NCBI GenBank assembly: GCA_045611825.1
Contig: JAZKXW010000053.1
Span: forward strand, 10,437-74,436
DNA from: Faecousia sp.
Lineage (GTDB): Bacteria > Bacillota > Clostridia > Oscillospirales > Oscillospiraceae
Direction: 5' to 3'
Length of the DNA stretch: 64,000 nt
This document shows, one piece after another, positions 18,949 to 28,710 of this stretch. Every line of letters begins with the position of its first letter. Position 1 is the stretch's first letter. The position numbers and the translations under genes were made by a program. A model generated the notes under the pieces. That model worked only from the letters and a program-made list of their open reading frames with translations. It was not told the origin of the DNA and did not search any database.

Positions 18949-20319
18949 ATGCCGAAGAAAAACAGTGAGAATGTAGAGCAGACAACCCAGCAGTTTGTGA
19001 TGATCCCCATCGAGAAGCTGCACCCCCACCCGGACAATCCCCGTAAAGAACTCGGAGATCTGACCGAGCTTGCCGACAGCATCCGTGCAAAGGGCGTGTT
19101 CCAGAACCTTACGGTGGTTCCGTTCGAGGATGATTACCGTATTATCATCGGACACCGGCGCCGGGCGGCTTCCGAACTGGCCGGGTTGACGCACCTGCCT
19201 TGTGTGATCGTGGATATGACACCCAAGGAGCAGGTGGAAACGATGCTCTTGGAGAATATGCAGCGAGAGGACTTGACGCCTTACGAACAGGCTCAGGGCT
19301 TCCAAATGATGATCGACATGGGCGATACCGTGGAAGAGATCGTGCAGAAAACCGGCTTTTCCAAAAAGACGGTCAAGCGCCGGTTGAGGATGGCCGAACT
19401 GGATCCTACAGTTCTGAAAGAGGTGTCCTCCCGGCAGATCTCCATGGAGGACTTCGATACCCTGGCGAAGATCGAGGACATCGGGCAGCGGAATGAGTGT
19501 TTGAAGAATATCGGCACCGCCAATTTCGCCATCGATGTCCAGAAGAAGATCAAAAAGCAGAACATCGAAAAGAACCTGCCTTGGGTAAAGACACAGATCC
19601 GCAAGGCGAAGGGCAATAAGATCAATCGCACTCAGACCTATTACGGCAACCATTCGCAGATTGGTAATGACATCAATATCCACGAACTGACGGAGGAAAC
19701 GCAGATCGTGCCGGACACCGGCACAAAAAAGCTGTTCTACTGTTTGGACGAGGATACCGGCAGACTTAGCTTCTATGTTGAAAAGGAAAAGCCTGCGCCG
19801 GTTCGCCGCCCTCAGGCAGAAATCGACCGGGAAAAGGCAATGGCAGAAGCAAATGAAAAGTGCGCCGAACTGTCGGCTCTGTGCTACAAGCTGAGATCTG
19901 AGTTCGTGAAAAAACTGTCCTACGGAAGCAAGAACCAAAAAGAAATGCTGTACGGACTGGTCAGGGCGATTATCAGCCACGGATTTCACTACGCAAGCGT
20001 TTCTTCGTCTGACCTGTTTGCAATTCTTGGAGAGGAAAGAAAGTGGGAAAGTGGCGAAGAAAAGGGGCTCACTGAGCGGCTTTTGGAAAAGCCGGCAAGC
20101 ACCTACCCTGGAATTGTGTATGCGGCGTTCTGCGACAAAGACACAGAGGCTTACCATACGACCTACAAGAAGCAGTGGCCTAAGCACCACGAGAATTTGC
20201 GGCTGGACGCCCTCTATGTGTGGCTTACCTCTGTCGGCTATGTTATGAGCGACGATGAAAAAGCCTTGCAGGATGGTACGCACAGCCTGTTTACCGATCC
20301 TCAGCAGGTAAAGAGCTGA
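18949..20319 (+). CDS. ParB/RepB/Spo0J-family protein
   Basis: HPDNPRK...LADSI...GHRRRAA...ENMQREDLTPYEQA plus HTH. Confidence 0.9.
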   Translation: MPKKNSENVEQTTQQFVMIPIEKLHPHPDNPRKELGDLTELADSIRAKGVFQNLTVVPFEDDYRIIIGHRRRAASELAGLTHLPCVIVDMTPKEQVETMLLENMQREDLTPYEQAQGFQMMIDMGDTVEEIVQKTGFSKKTVKRRLRMAELDPTVLKEVSSRQISMEDFDTLAKIEDIGQRNECLKNIGTANFAIDVQKKIKKQNIEKNLPWVKTQIRKAKGNKINRTQTYYGNHSQIGNDINIHELTEETQIVPDTGTKKLFYCLDEDTGRLSFYVEKEKPAPVRRPQAEIDREKAMAEANEKCAELSALCYKLRSEFVKKLSYGSKNQKEMLYGLVRAIISHGFHYASVSSSDLFAILGEERKWESGEEKGLTERLLEKPASTYPGIVYAAFCDKDTEAYHTTYKKQWPKHHENLRLDALYVWLTSVGYVMSDDEKALQDGTHSLFTDPQQVKS

Positions 20320-20320
20320 T

Positions 20321-21805
20321 ATGAAAAAGGTCTGGGCAGACTGGGAGGAAAGGTATCTGCGGAACAACTGGCCGGATATGAGTGATGCGGATATCGGAAA
20401 GCGGCTTGGTCGCAGCGTCGAATCAGTACGGACACATCGGTATGTGCTGGGCATCAAGGTAGATCCTGCCCAATGGGCGCCGGAAGAGGACGCGTATATC
20501 CTGGAGCATTGGCAGGATCAGACCGATGAAGAAACTGCTGCTGCCCTCAACCGAACACCGAATGCCGTGTATACACGAGGCCTGTCGCTGGGCTTGTTCC
20601 GCAGAAAAGCCGGGGTGAATAAATGGCGCCGGTGGACGCAGGAGGAAGTGTCCTACCTCCGGGATAACTGGGGTATGGTCACAATTCAAGGCATAAGCAG
20701 AAAACTCGGTCGCACGGAAGCGGCGATACTGAACAAGGTCCAGGAACTCGGCCTTGGTGCATTCCTGGAGCACGGCGACTACATCACCCTTCATCAGCTG
20801 CTCGTGGCTTTTACCAACACCGGTGCATCCGATACATATAAGCTGAAAAGCTGGATCGAGAACAGAGGGATGCCGGTGCACACCCGGCTTATCAAGCAAA
20901 AGAGGGTTCGCATTGTGTATCTGGACGAGTTTTGGGAATGGGCGGAAAAACACCGCTCATTCCTGGACTTCTCCAAGATGGAGCCGCTTGCCCTTGGCGA
21001 AGAACCTGCATGGGTAGCTGAGCAGCGCAGAAAGGATTACAAAGCTTTTGCTGCGCAGCGGAAGGATCCCTGGACGCCTGCCGAGGACAGCCGCTTGATA
21101 ATGCTCCTTCGCCTGCATAAGTACGGCTATGCGGAACTATCGGAAATGCTGCAGCGGTCCGCAGGTGCCATCCAGCGCCGCTGCACCGACCTTGGTATCA
21201 AAGAGCGTCCGGTTAAGGCTGATAACCACAGCGAGGAAGCAAAATGGACGGATGCGGATTTTGAAATATTGGCTGACGGAATCCGGAACGGCGACAGCTA
21301 CACGATGATCGGCAGGGCTATCGGTAAATCCGAAAAAGCCATCCGAGGTAAAGTCTATTTTGTGTATCTGACGGAAAGCGCTGATAAGGTACGATCAATG
21401 ATGGGAGATCGCCCGTGGGGATCCGGTGCGCCGGTACCAACAGTCAAACAGGCGGTGCATCTATCGAGGACTCGGACAGAAACCAAAGCAATGCTGGAGC
21501 AGCTTGCCGGTGTTCTATATCGTAGAACACTCGAACTGAAGAAAGTGGACTATGACCACTATTTCCAGCGGGCTATGTGTATGAACTGGGACGAACTGCA
21601 TAGCTGCTGTGCGGCCGGGTGTGAGGATTGCGACGCCTGCACAGAGTTCGTCCGGATCCAACCGCAATACTGTGTCCGCTGCGGCGCTACTTTCTATGAG
21701 CGCAAAGAAAACCGTGTCTGCGCCCGGTGCCGGGCAGCTCGAAAGAGCCAAGCCTTTAGAAAATATCAACGCCTTTATGGAGGAAAGCGAAATGAGTCAG
21801 TTTAG
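20321..21805 (+). CDS. Myb/SANT-like tandem-repeat DNA-binding protein with C-terminal Zn ribbons
   Basis: Five W(T)xEExxxL..W...LGR(S/T) units; several CxxC pairs at the C-terminus. Confidence 0.7.
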   Translation: MKKVWADWEERYLRNNWPDMSDADIGKRLGRSVESVRTHRYVLGIKVDPAQWAPEEDAYILEHWQDQTDEETAAALNRTPNAVYTRGLSLGLFRRKAGVNKWRRWTQEEVSYLRDNWGMVTIQGISRKLGRTEAAILNKVQELGLGAFLEHGDYITLHQLLVAFTNTGASDTYKLKSWIENRGMPVHTRLIKQKRVRIVYLDEFWEWAEKHRSFLDFSKMEPLALGEEPAWVAEQRRKDYKAFAAQRKDPWTPAEDSRLIMLLRLHKYGYAELSEMLQRSAGAIQRRCTDLGIKERPVKADNHSEEAKWTDADFEILADGIRNGDSYTMIGRAIGKSEKAIRGKVYFVYLTESADKVRSMMGDRPWGSGAPVPTVKQAVHLSRTRTETKAMLEQLAGVLYRRTLELKKVDYDHYFQRAMCMNWDELHSCCAAGCEDCDACTEFVRIQPQYCVRCGATFYERKENRVCARCRAARKSQAFRKYQRLYGGKRNESV

Positions 21806-21953
21806 GGGTTGGGAGCCTTTGAAGAAGGAGGACACATTCCGGGTTGAGGATAGCATGGTGATCGACAAGCTTCTCGAAAGCAAGAAACTCACCGATAAGC
21901 AACGGGATGCGCTGCGAAGGTTGGTTGCCAATTTCAATTACATACGAGATTAA
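21792..21953 (+). CDS. Hypothetical small protein
   Basis: GGAGG RBS; coupled. Confidence 0.45.
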   Translation: MSQFRGWEPLKKEDTFRVEDSMVIDKLLESKKLTDKQRDALRRLVANFNYIRD

Positions 21954-21964
21954 GGAGGTTTGCG

Positions 21965-22231
21965 GTGATTGTTGCAAATAGTGGATTTATCCCGGCGAAC
22001 CGAGGACACAGGATCGTGCCAGGATCCCGGTACTTCTGTCGGTACTCCGTGTATGACAACAGAACGGACTTTCCAATCATCATAGACGGCACCGCCGACG
22101 AGTGTGCAAAGGCCCTCAAAAGATCCCGCAACTCTTTCTACTGTATGGTGGATCGAGTGCGGAAAGGAAAGAACAAACGATACACCGTCCTGCAGCGGAT
22201 GGTAGACGAGGAGGATGCCGAAGATGGCTAA
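21965..22231 (+). CDS. Small HTH-like phage protein
   Basis: YSVYD....IIIDGTADECAKAL.....SFY. Confidence 0.6.
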   Translation: MIVANSGFIPANRGHRIVPGSRYFCRYSVYDNRTDFPIIIDGTADECAKALKRSRNSFYCMVDRVRKGKNKRYTVLQRMVDEEDAEDG

Positions 22232-22868
22232 GGTCAAAAAGCCAAAGAAGAATAACCGGCACAAAGCCGGAGTTATGGGGAGGTCTGACATCCCTTATGC
22301 GCAGAGAATAGCAATGCAGCAGAACCGGGATATTGTGAACTGCCGGAATCACGCAGCACAAATCACAATGTTTTGCATGAGTATTGCAATGCACGAGGTT
22401 GAGGGTATCGGGTACAAGCGGCTTGTTCGCTTCTCCCTCCACTTCAAGGATATTGTAGACGAGTTCTACGAGGATCCCGAGGTGGGTATGGCTCACGCAA
22501 AGCGACGTATGGAACAGATCGGAATGCCGATCTCCGGCGAGTTCTTCTCTGTGAAACAAGAGGGTGCAACCGTCCGCGAACAGCAGGTACACGATCACGC
22601 CCTGCAAGCTGCGCAGGTGGCTCAGATCTGTGGTGCTATCGCTATGAACGACGAGTTCGGCTTCGGTCAGGAACGGCAACAGAAGATCTCCGAGAAAACC
22701 AACGAACTGTCCGCTCGGTATGCCAAGGAAGGCAAAGGATTCCTGCTGGAGAAAATGGCAGAGATTGGCTTCCTGATCGTCGATGGTGAAGTGAGAGCGT
22801 TTATCGGCGACGACGGAAAGGCTGTTACCCCTACACAAGCGAGAAAGGAAGGGTTCCCAGATGCCTAA
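22224..22868 (+). CDS. Hypothetical phage protein with internal duplication
   Basis: IAMHEVEGIGYKRL and IAMNDEFGFGQERQ repeats. Confidence 0.65.
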   Translation: MAKVKKPKKNNRHKAGVMGRSDIPYAQRIAMQQNRDIVNCRNHAAQITMFCMSIAMHEVEGIGYKRLVRFSLHFKDIVDEFYEDPEVGMAHAKRRMEQIGMPISGEFFSVKQEGATVREQQVHDHALQAAQVAQICGAIAMNDEFGFGQERQQKISEKTNELSARYAKEGKGFLLEKMAEIGFLIVDGEVRAFIGDDGKAVTPTQARKEGFPDA

Positions 22869-23109
22869 GAAGAAAAAGAAAACTGAACAGCCGGCCGCAA
22901 AGCCGGCACCTATGCGGAGGGTTACGCACAGGGGCTATACCGCTGTGCAGAGCCCCAGGAATAACCATGTAATGATCGGCAAAGCCGGCAAGATGGTGTA
23001 CCACGCACAGTACGAGATCAACCTGTCGGAAGAGGGGCTGCGCAAGGTGATTGATGAATACATATCCCGGAGCGAAAAGGCGGTGAATCGGCCATGCGTT
23101 CCGTCCTAA
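22861..23109 (+). CDS. Hypothetical phage protein
   Basis: Coupled ORF. Confidence 0.55.
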   Translation: MPKKKKKTEQPAAKPAPMRRVTHRGYTAVQSPRNNHVMIGKAGKMVYHAQYEINLSEEGLRKVIDEYISRSEKAVNRPCVPS

Positions 23110-23696
23110 TCAGCATACAGCCGCAATGGTGCGAAAAGATCGCCAACAAAGAAAAGTCAATCGAGGTGCGGAAAACTCAACCGAAACTGGAGTTGCCATT
23201 TAAGTGTTACATCTATTGTACAGCAGCTGCTCCCTATCTCGTCTATGGAGATGTGTTTGATGGCGGCAGCTTTGTTGAACGGTACACGGTAACGCACGGG
23301 AGATCCCGGCAAGAAGCAGACAAGATATGGGGTATCATGAATGGCAAAGTCATAGGCGAGTTTGTGTGCGACAATATTCGTTGCTTCGATGTCCCTTACC
23401 CTGCGTTTCGAAAAGAGATGGACAAAGCTATTTTGGAGCAGTCCTGCTTGACTTACTATCAGCTACATCGGTACGCATATCATGACTGTCTTTATGCCTG
23501 GCACATTTCCAACCTTGTGATCTATGACCAGCCGAAGCCACTCAGCGAATTCCGCCGCCCCTGCGTCAATGACCTGTACTGCGAGGAATGCGGTATGCAT
23601 AGCGAGCATGCCGGCACCTGCGGTAATGTGGCTTTGCAGATAACAAGACCACCCCAAAGCTGGTTCTATGTGGAGGAACTGGAATGTCAACGATGA
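23094..23696 (+). CDS. ASCH-domain protein
   Basis: VLISIQPQWCEKI...KSIEVRK...GKVIGEFVC...RPPQSW.YV. Confidence 0.85.
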   Translation: MRSVLISIQPQWCEKIANKEKSIEVRKTQPKLELPFKCYIYCTAAAPYLVYGDVFDGGSFVERYTVTHGRSRQEADKIWGIMNGKVIGEFVCDNIRCFDVPYPAFRKEMDKAILEQSCLTYYQLHRYAYHDCLYAWHISNLVIYDQPKPLSEFRRPCVNDLYCEECGMHSEHAGTCGNVALQITRPPQSWFYVEELECQR

Positions 23697-23992
23697 ATGA
23701 TCTTATCAGCAGAGCGGCATTGCTCGAAGCATTCAAAGAAGAATTTGGATGTAACGCAGATTGCCGGGAATGCTTTGTGCATGGTCCGGACTGCCACGAA
23801 GGAAGGCTGATCCTTAATGCGCCGGCAGTCAATGCTGAGCCGGTGAAATACGAACATTGGATTCTGCGGCAGCGCGGAAAAAATCCCGGAAACTACACCT
23901 GCTTTTGCTCCGGGTGCAAGACGGAGGGATCGCTGGCTTGGAAGCGGTGCCCGGTGTGTGAAGCAAAAATGACTAAGGAGGTGCAGGAATGA
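23684..23992 (+). CDS. Zn-ribbon phage protein
   Basis: DLISRAALL...AP.V.AEPV...W...CSGC...CPVCEAKM. Confidence 0.7.
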   Translation: MSTMNDLISRAALLEAFKEEFGCNADCRECFVHGPDCHEGRLILNAPAVNAEPVKYEHWILRQRGKNPGNYTCFCSGCKTEGSLAWKRCPVCEAKMTKEVQE

Positions 23993-24417
23993 GAGAGATC
24001 CTTTTCCGTGGAAAACGGACGGATAACGGCAAGTGGGTGGAGGGTGAAATGCTCCATGATATGCAAGACAGACCACACTTATATTGGAAAACGCCTAAGG
24101 AATTACCTATTGTCTTTTCTAATCATGCGATAGTTGATCCTGGTACCCTGGGCCAATTTACCGGGCTGACTGATAGGAACGGCGTGAAGATTTTTGAGGG
24201 AGATATAGTAAAGCACTACTTCAACTATCACATCCCCTCGGCCTACTCCGTTGGGCAAATCTTCTGGAATGCCAAAAAATGCAGGTGGTCCAGAACCGCC
24301 ACTGATTGTGATTATTTTCCGGAAGTTTGGAGCAGTACCAGCAAGGACTGCGAGGTTATCGGTAATATCCACGATAATCCGGAACTGGTACAGGAGGTAG
24401 TCCTATGTACAAAGTGA
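23989..24417 (+). CDS. YopX-family protein
   Basis: MREILFRGK...GQFTGLTDRNGVKIFEGDIV...EVIGNIHDNPEL. Confidence 0.92.
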   Translation: MREILFRGKRTDNGKWVEGEMLHDMQDRPHLYWKTPKELPIVFSNHAIVDPGTLGQFTGLTDRNGVKIFEGDIVKHYFNYHIPSAYSVGQIFWNAKKCRWSRTATDCDYFPEVWSSTSKDCEVIGNIHDNPELVQEVVLCTK

Positions 24418-24785
24418 AAAACATTGGAACCGGCGAGGTCAGAACTGTGTATGCGCTATGCGGCACGATGTTCCTGTTTCATAACGGGCTTGAGTGGCAC
24501 TACGACAACATGGAGTATTATATGCCGGTTGAATGCTGCGACTTCTCCATGGTTAGCGATAGTACCAAGAACGCACTGCTGCAGATTGGTCGTACCGCCC
24601 ATGGTGGCAAGGATCCCGGCAAAAAGAAGCAGCTGACAATGGAAAAGGCGTTGGATCTGCTGAATGCAGAGTACGAAAAAGCAATGGGGATTGAGTATAT
24701 CAGAAACCCTCTTGCGTATGCGCTATACCAGGTTTGGAAGCTGGCAGACCAGAAGAACGGGGGCGCAGATCGTGGGAAAACCTAA
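24405..24785 (+). CDS. Hypothetical phage protein
   Basis: Coupled ORF. Confidence 0.55.
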   Translation: MYKVKNIGTGEVRTVYALCGTMFLFHNGLEWHYDNMEYYMPVECCDFSMVSDSTKNALLQIGRTAHGGKDPGKKKQLTMEKALDLLNAEYEKAMGIEYIRNPLAYALYQVWKLADQKNGGADRGKT

Positions 24786-24934
24786 AATGTTCGGCCTGAA
24801 CCGCACCTACATACCCAATGCCCGGGCAGATATGCACCACCGGAAAAAGGCGTTCTATCAAGGACGCAACACAGAGGACCGGAACCCGAGGATCCGGAAA
24901 CCTGCTATCAAATCTACGAAAGGGGCTACCGAAG

Positions 24935-25117
24935 ATGCGTAAGATCTGTTACTGGATTTTGAGTGCTTTCGAATGGATCCTGCTGTTCCTGCTGGTGATC
25001 GTCATGGCGCCGCTTGCAATGGTCGACGAGCTGTTGTGCAAGCTGCACCGGGAGGATCCGGAACGCATGACCGACCAGGAACGCCGGGAGTACTACGGCT
25101 ACGACAAAGGGTGGTGA
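24935..25117 (+). CDS. Small membrane protein
   Basis: Hydrophobic N-terminus. Confidence 0.45.
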   Translation: MRKICYWILSAFEWILLFLLVIVMAPLAMVDELLCKLHREDPERMTDQERREYYGYDKGW

Positions 25118-25129
25118 GCATGGAGCCGC

Positions 25130-25888
25130 ATGAAGAAACATATTGCATCTTGTTCCTTTGGGAAAGACAGTCTGGCGGCGATCATAGTAGGACTGGAAAA
25201 TAATGAGCCTATGGATGGTGCTTACTACTGTGAAGTGATGTTCAATCAGTGGATCAGCGCCGAAGTGCCCGAGCACCGAAATTTTATATACCAAACAGCG
25301 ATACCTTTCCTTGAAAAAGCAGGCGTTAAGGTGGATGTGGTGCGAGGGAAAAAGACATTCGTCGATCTGTTCCAACACAAGATTGCCGGAGATGGCGACT
25401 GGTCGGGGTGTATATGGTCATGGCCGTTATGCAGCCGATGCTATGTACAAAGAGATTGTAAGACGCGTCCGTTGGAAGCATACAAAAAGCAGCAATGGAG
25501 CGGGATCGATGTCGTTCAGTATATTGGCTACGCATCCGATGAACAGGTACGCCTTGCCAAGTTGGACGGGACAAAGAAGGTGTCGCTGCTGGATAAGTAC
25601 GGCATAACCGAGGATGATGCTACAAGGATATGCGAATCTTATGGGCTGCTTTCTCCGATATATGAGTTTGCACCAAGAAATGGCTGTTGGTTTTGCCCAA
25701 ATGCCAAGGAGCCAGAACTACTGCACTTACGAAAGTACCACCCATATCTGTTTGAAGATCTGTTGAAACTCCAAGCCCTTCCGTGCAAGGCAACAGAGAA
25801 GTTCAACAGGGATATGACAGTGTACGAACTCAATCAGCACCTGCGCTCGTTAGAGGATGATTTAAGAAAAAGGGGTGGCAGGATATGA
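25130..25888 (+). CDS. PAPS-reductase-like (PP-loop) protein
   Basis: SCSFGKDS; YIGYASDE..R; RNGCWFCPN. Confidence 0.8.
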   Translation: MKKHIASCSFGKDSLAAIIVGLENNEPMDGAYYCEVMFNQWISAEVPEHRNFIYQTAIPFLEKAGVKVDVVRGKKTFVDLFQHKIAGDGDWSGCIWSWPLCSRCYVQRDCKTRPLEAYKKQQWSGIDVVQYIGYASDEQVRLAKLDGTKKVSLLDKYGITEDDATRICESYGLLSPIYEFAPRNGCWFCPNAKEPELLHLRKYHPYLFEDLLKLQALPCKATEKFNRDMTVYELNQHLRSLEDDLRKRGGRI

Positions 25889-26169
25889 AAAGGCGAAACC
25901 GAGAGTCAAGATCCCGAATTAAACTCATTCAAGAAAAACACCTCTCCAAAGAGGAACAGGCGTACATTGGAAACGCCCTGTTAAAACAGAAAAAGCGGTA
26001 CACCGCTGCATACACCGACTATCGCAATGGCCTGTACTTTTCGTACGATTTGGTGATAGGTATGATGCGAGGATCCCGAGCATGCGCAGCGGCAGGCGTG
26101 TCGGTAAGTCAAGTAACTGATGCCGTGCGCAATCTTGCCGAAGCTGCAAAGGCTGCAATCAATACATAG
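25885..26169 (+). CDS. Hypothetical phage protein
   Basis: Coupled ORF. Confidence 0.5.
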   Translation: MKRRNRESRSRIKLIQEKHLSKEEQAYIGNALLKQKKRYTAAYTDYRNGLYFSYDLVIGMMRGSRACAAAGVSVSQVTDAVRNLAEAAKAAINT

Positions 26170-26181
26170 GAGTGATATAAT

Positions 26182-26436
26182 ATGGCTCAAGAAACAAAGT
26201 GCCGTGGCTGCGGCGCACCGATTGTTTTTGTTAAAACATCAGCAGGTAAATCTATGCCCTGTAATCCGGGACGGGTGCCGTTCTGGGCAAAACAAAGAGG
26301 ATCCGGAAAGGTCGTAACCGTCAGCGGTGATGTAGTCAGCTGCGAGTTTGACGGACCTCGTTCCACGGTTTCCGGCTTCGGCTTTGTATCTCATTTCAGC
26401 ACCTGTCCGAATGCCGATAAATTCCGTAAGAAGTAA
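26182..26436 (+). CDS. Zn-binding phage protein
   Basis: CRGCGAPI.FVKT.AGKSMPC...SHFSTCP.A..FR. Confidence 0.7.
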   Translation: MAQETKCRGCGAPIVFVKTSAGKSMPCNPGRVPFWAKQRGSGKVVTVSGDVVSCEFDGPRSTVSGFGFVSHFSTCPNADKFRKK

Positions 26437-26456
26437 TTTGCAAGGGGGTGAACCGC

Positions 26457-26873
26457 ATGACACTGGATGAACTGAACATTCACTTTAATCTCGTTACCGA
26501 ACTGAAAAAGGCCAAAGATATGCTCCAGAACCTGTGGAATGCGGCTTATCCCGGAGGTCAAGTACTAACCGGCATGCCCCACGCACCGGGGGTAAAGGAT
26601 AAGATCGGCGACTTGGGTATTGAGATCGCAGACTTAGAAACAGAGATCGAAGCTATGGAAGCGATGGTCAACAACTCGGCTGTTCCGGTGCTTGCGTTCA
26701 TAGCCGAGATCCCGGACATACAGACACGCATGGTTTTCCGCCTGCGGTTTTGCCGTGGGTATCAATGGAAAGAGGTTGCAAGGATGCTCGGCGGTGGCAA
26801 TTCTGAGGATAGTGTGAAAAAGGTTTGCTACCGGTATTTGGGCTTCACGGCAATACCGCCAAATGAGAAGTGA
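26457..26873 (+). CDS. RinA/ArpU-like late transcription activator
   Basis: L.GMPHAPG..DK.G...I.DL...R.VFRLRF..G..W.EVA..LG; last early gene. Confidence 0.8.
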   Translation: MTLDELNIHFNLVTELKKAKDMLQNLWNAAYPGGQVLTGMPHAPGVKDKIGDLGIEIADLETEIEAMEAMVNNSAVPVLAFIAEIPDIQTRMVFRLRFCRGYQWKEVARMLGGGNSEDSVKKVCYRYLGFTAIPPNEK

Positions 26874-27109
26874 GAAGTCGTCCTGTCTCCGCACGGCGTG
26901 TCACTTGCAATCCTGCTATATGTGTGCTTTACTGTAAACTGTAAAATCTTAACAAGCCAGGCGGCCATCCTTCCGGGGGTGGCCGTCACTATTTTGGGAA
27001 GGAGGTTATAGGCTCTGCGTTTCTCCTTTGCGCAGGGTCTGATCCCGGGCAGGCGTCGGATCGCCAGCCGTGCCGGCAGCGGGAAAATCATCAAAGGAGG
27101 AAAACCGTA

Positions 27110-28105
27110 GTGTTTTCGAGAATTACAAACAAATTCAAAGCAAATCCCATGCTCTACTATGCGCTTAGCATAGCGGCATCCTGGGCCGGTGTCGGATCGC
27201 TGATGAACTCCGTCACTATGACCCAGACCTATGGCATTGTCCCGTCCATCCTTTGGTCGCTCGGCAACTCCCTGGCGTGTATGCTGTTTGGTATCATTGC
27301 CTGCAAGCTGACAACGCTGCGAAGCCTTATGCGGACAAAGGGAATGAAATACGCCATCGGCATAATGTCGATCTTCCAACTGTGGATCAATATGAACGGC
27401 ATCCGGGAAGTCTTTTCTGATACGCCGATCGGCGCAGTTGGCGGAACGATCATTGTATATGCCGTGTGTATCGGCTTCATTATCGCACTACTCAAACTCG
27501 GTATGATCCGGAATGTCCTCACGGATGGTTTTTCGTGGACTGCGGTCTATGTGTTGGTAGCGATAGTAACAGCTGCAGCATTCATTACAACCGGAGATCT
27601 CAACACCGGAATTGGCCTTGGCCTGGAGCCGGCGAATATGGAGGTCGGTTTCGTCAAGGGCTTCCTGCTGCTGCCCGGTCCGTTTACATTCCCGTATTTC
27701 TTTGAACTGCTTGATTACAACGATGTGAACCAAGATGCTACAAAAAAGTGTAATATCAAGCGAGCATTTATCCTCGGTGGTGCGCTGTTCGGCTTCTATA
27801 TGATCTTCACATTTGCTCTGGCATTCGTGCAGTTCACTCCCTGGCTGAACCTGCTGAAAGCGATCCTCGTCAGCATCATCGGCATTTCCACTATCTCCAC
27901 CTTTATCTACTCCGAGTACATTGTGTTCGGCAGAAAACTCGGCTTGGCTATTGACATTACGGCAGTTGTGTTCTGGCCGCTGTTCATCAGCCTTGGCGTT
28001 ATGGGTGTGTGGACTCTTATGGCTGAACTGCGGGTTTATCTCGTAATCGCCATGCTTCTGATCGCCCTGATCCAATGGGTGAAGCAGAAGGGGGTGCGCA
28101 GCTGA
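27110..28105 (+). CDS. Multi-pass membrane transporter (solute:sodium symporter/APC-like)
   Basis: About 10-11 TMs; LSIAASWAGVGSL resembles SSS TM1; AAAGGAGG RBS. Confidence 0.65.
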   Translation: MFSRITNKFKANPMLYYALSIAASWAGVGSLMNSVTMTQTYGIVPSILWSLGNSLACMLFGIIACKLTTLRSLMRTKGMKYAIGIMSIFQLWINMNGIREVFSDTPIGAVGGTIIVYAVCIGFIIALLKLGMIRNVLTDGFSWTAVYVLVAIVTAAAFITTGDLNTGIGLGLEPANMEVGFVKGFLLLPGPFTFPYFFELLDYNDVNQDATKKCNIKRAFILGGALFGFYMIFTFALAFVQFTPWLNLLKAILVSIIGISTISTFIYSEYIVFGRKLGLAIDITAVVFWPLFISLGVMGVWTLMAELRVYLVIAMLLIALIQWVKQKGVRS

Positions 28106-28710
28106 TGGAAATTACCGTAAAGAAGCTGTCAGAGCTGCGCCCTGCGGCAAAGAATGTGCGCCGGCACACCGATAAGCAGATCGCCGAGTATATCCGTTCC
28201 TTGGAAATGTTCGGACAGATCAAGCCGATTATCGCCGACGAGCACGGCGAGATCATTGCCGGCAACGGTCTGTTTCAGGCTTTGGTACAGATGGGCAAAG
28301 AAACCTGCGACTGCTACATTTTGACCGGGCTATCCGAAAATCAGAAAAAGAAGCTGATGCTTGCGGATAACCGGGTGTACGAACTTGGCATCACGGATAT
28401 GGACGCCTTTGACGAACTGATCCGGGAACTGGGTAACGACATCGATGTGCCCGGATGGGATGCAGATCTGTTATCCATGATGAACGCAGCTGCAGAAGAT
28501 GTGGACGATATTGTGAATGGGTACGGCAGTTACGAGGAAACCGATGTGAGCCGCTTGGCTGAACGGAAAACCCCGGACAATGTTCCTACATCTGTTCCGG
28601 TGGAAACCCCGGTTGCAACGCCGCAGGTAGCCCCTCAACCCGAAGGAAGCCAGGGGCAGGTACAGCGAGTGATCGTCTGCCCTAAGTGTGGTGAACAGAT
28701 ATGTCTGTAA
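28105..28710 (+). CDS. ParB/Srx-like protein with C-terminal Zn ribbon
   Basis: N.RRH.DKQI..Y.RSL.MFGQ..PII.DE.GEIIAGNG; ADNR; CPKCG. Confidence 0.85.
   Translation: MEITVKKLSELRPAAKNVRRHTDKQIAEYIRSLEMFGQIKPIIADEHGEIIAGNGLFQALVQMGKETCDCYILTGLSENQKKKLMLADNRVYELGITDMDAFDELIRELGNDIDVPGWDADLLSMMNAAAEDVDDIVNGYGSYEETDVSRLAERKTPDNVPTSVPVETPVATPQVAPQPEGSQGQVQRVIVCPKCGEQICL

Noticed and set aside
26950-27109. Known riboswitch class upstream of the transporter
   Set aside because: I could not match SAM, TPP, preQ1, glycine, T-box or other consensus elements by eye; kept only as a structured-leader candidate.
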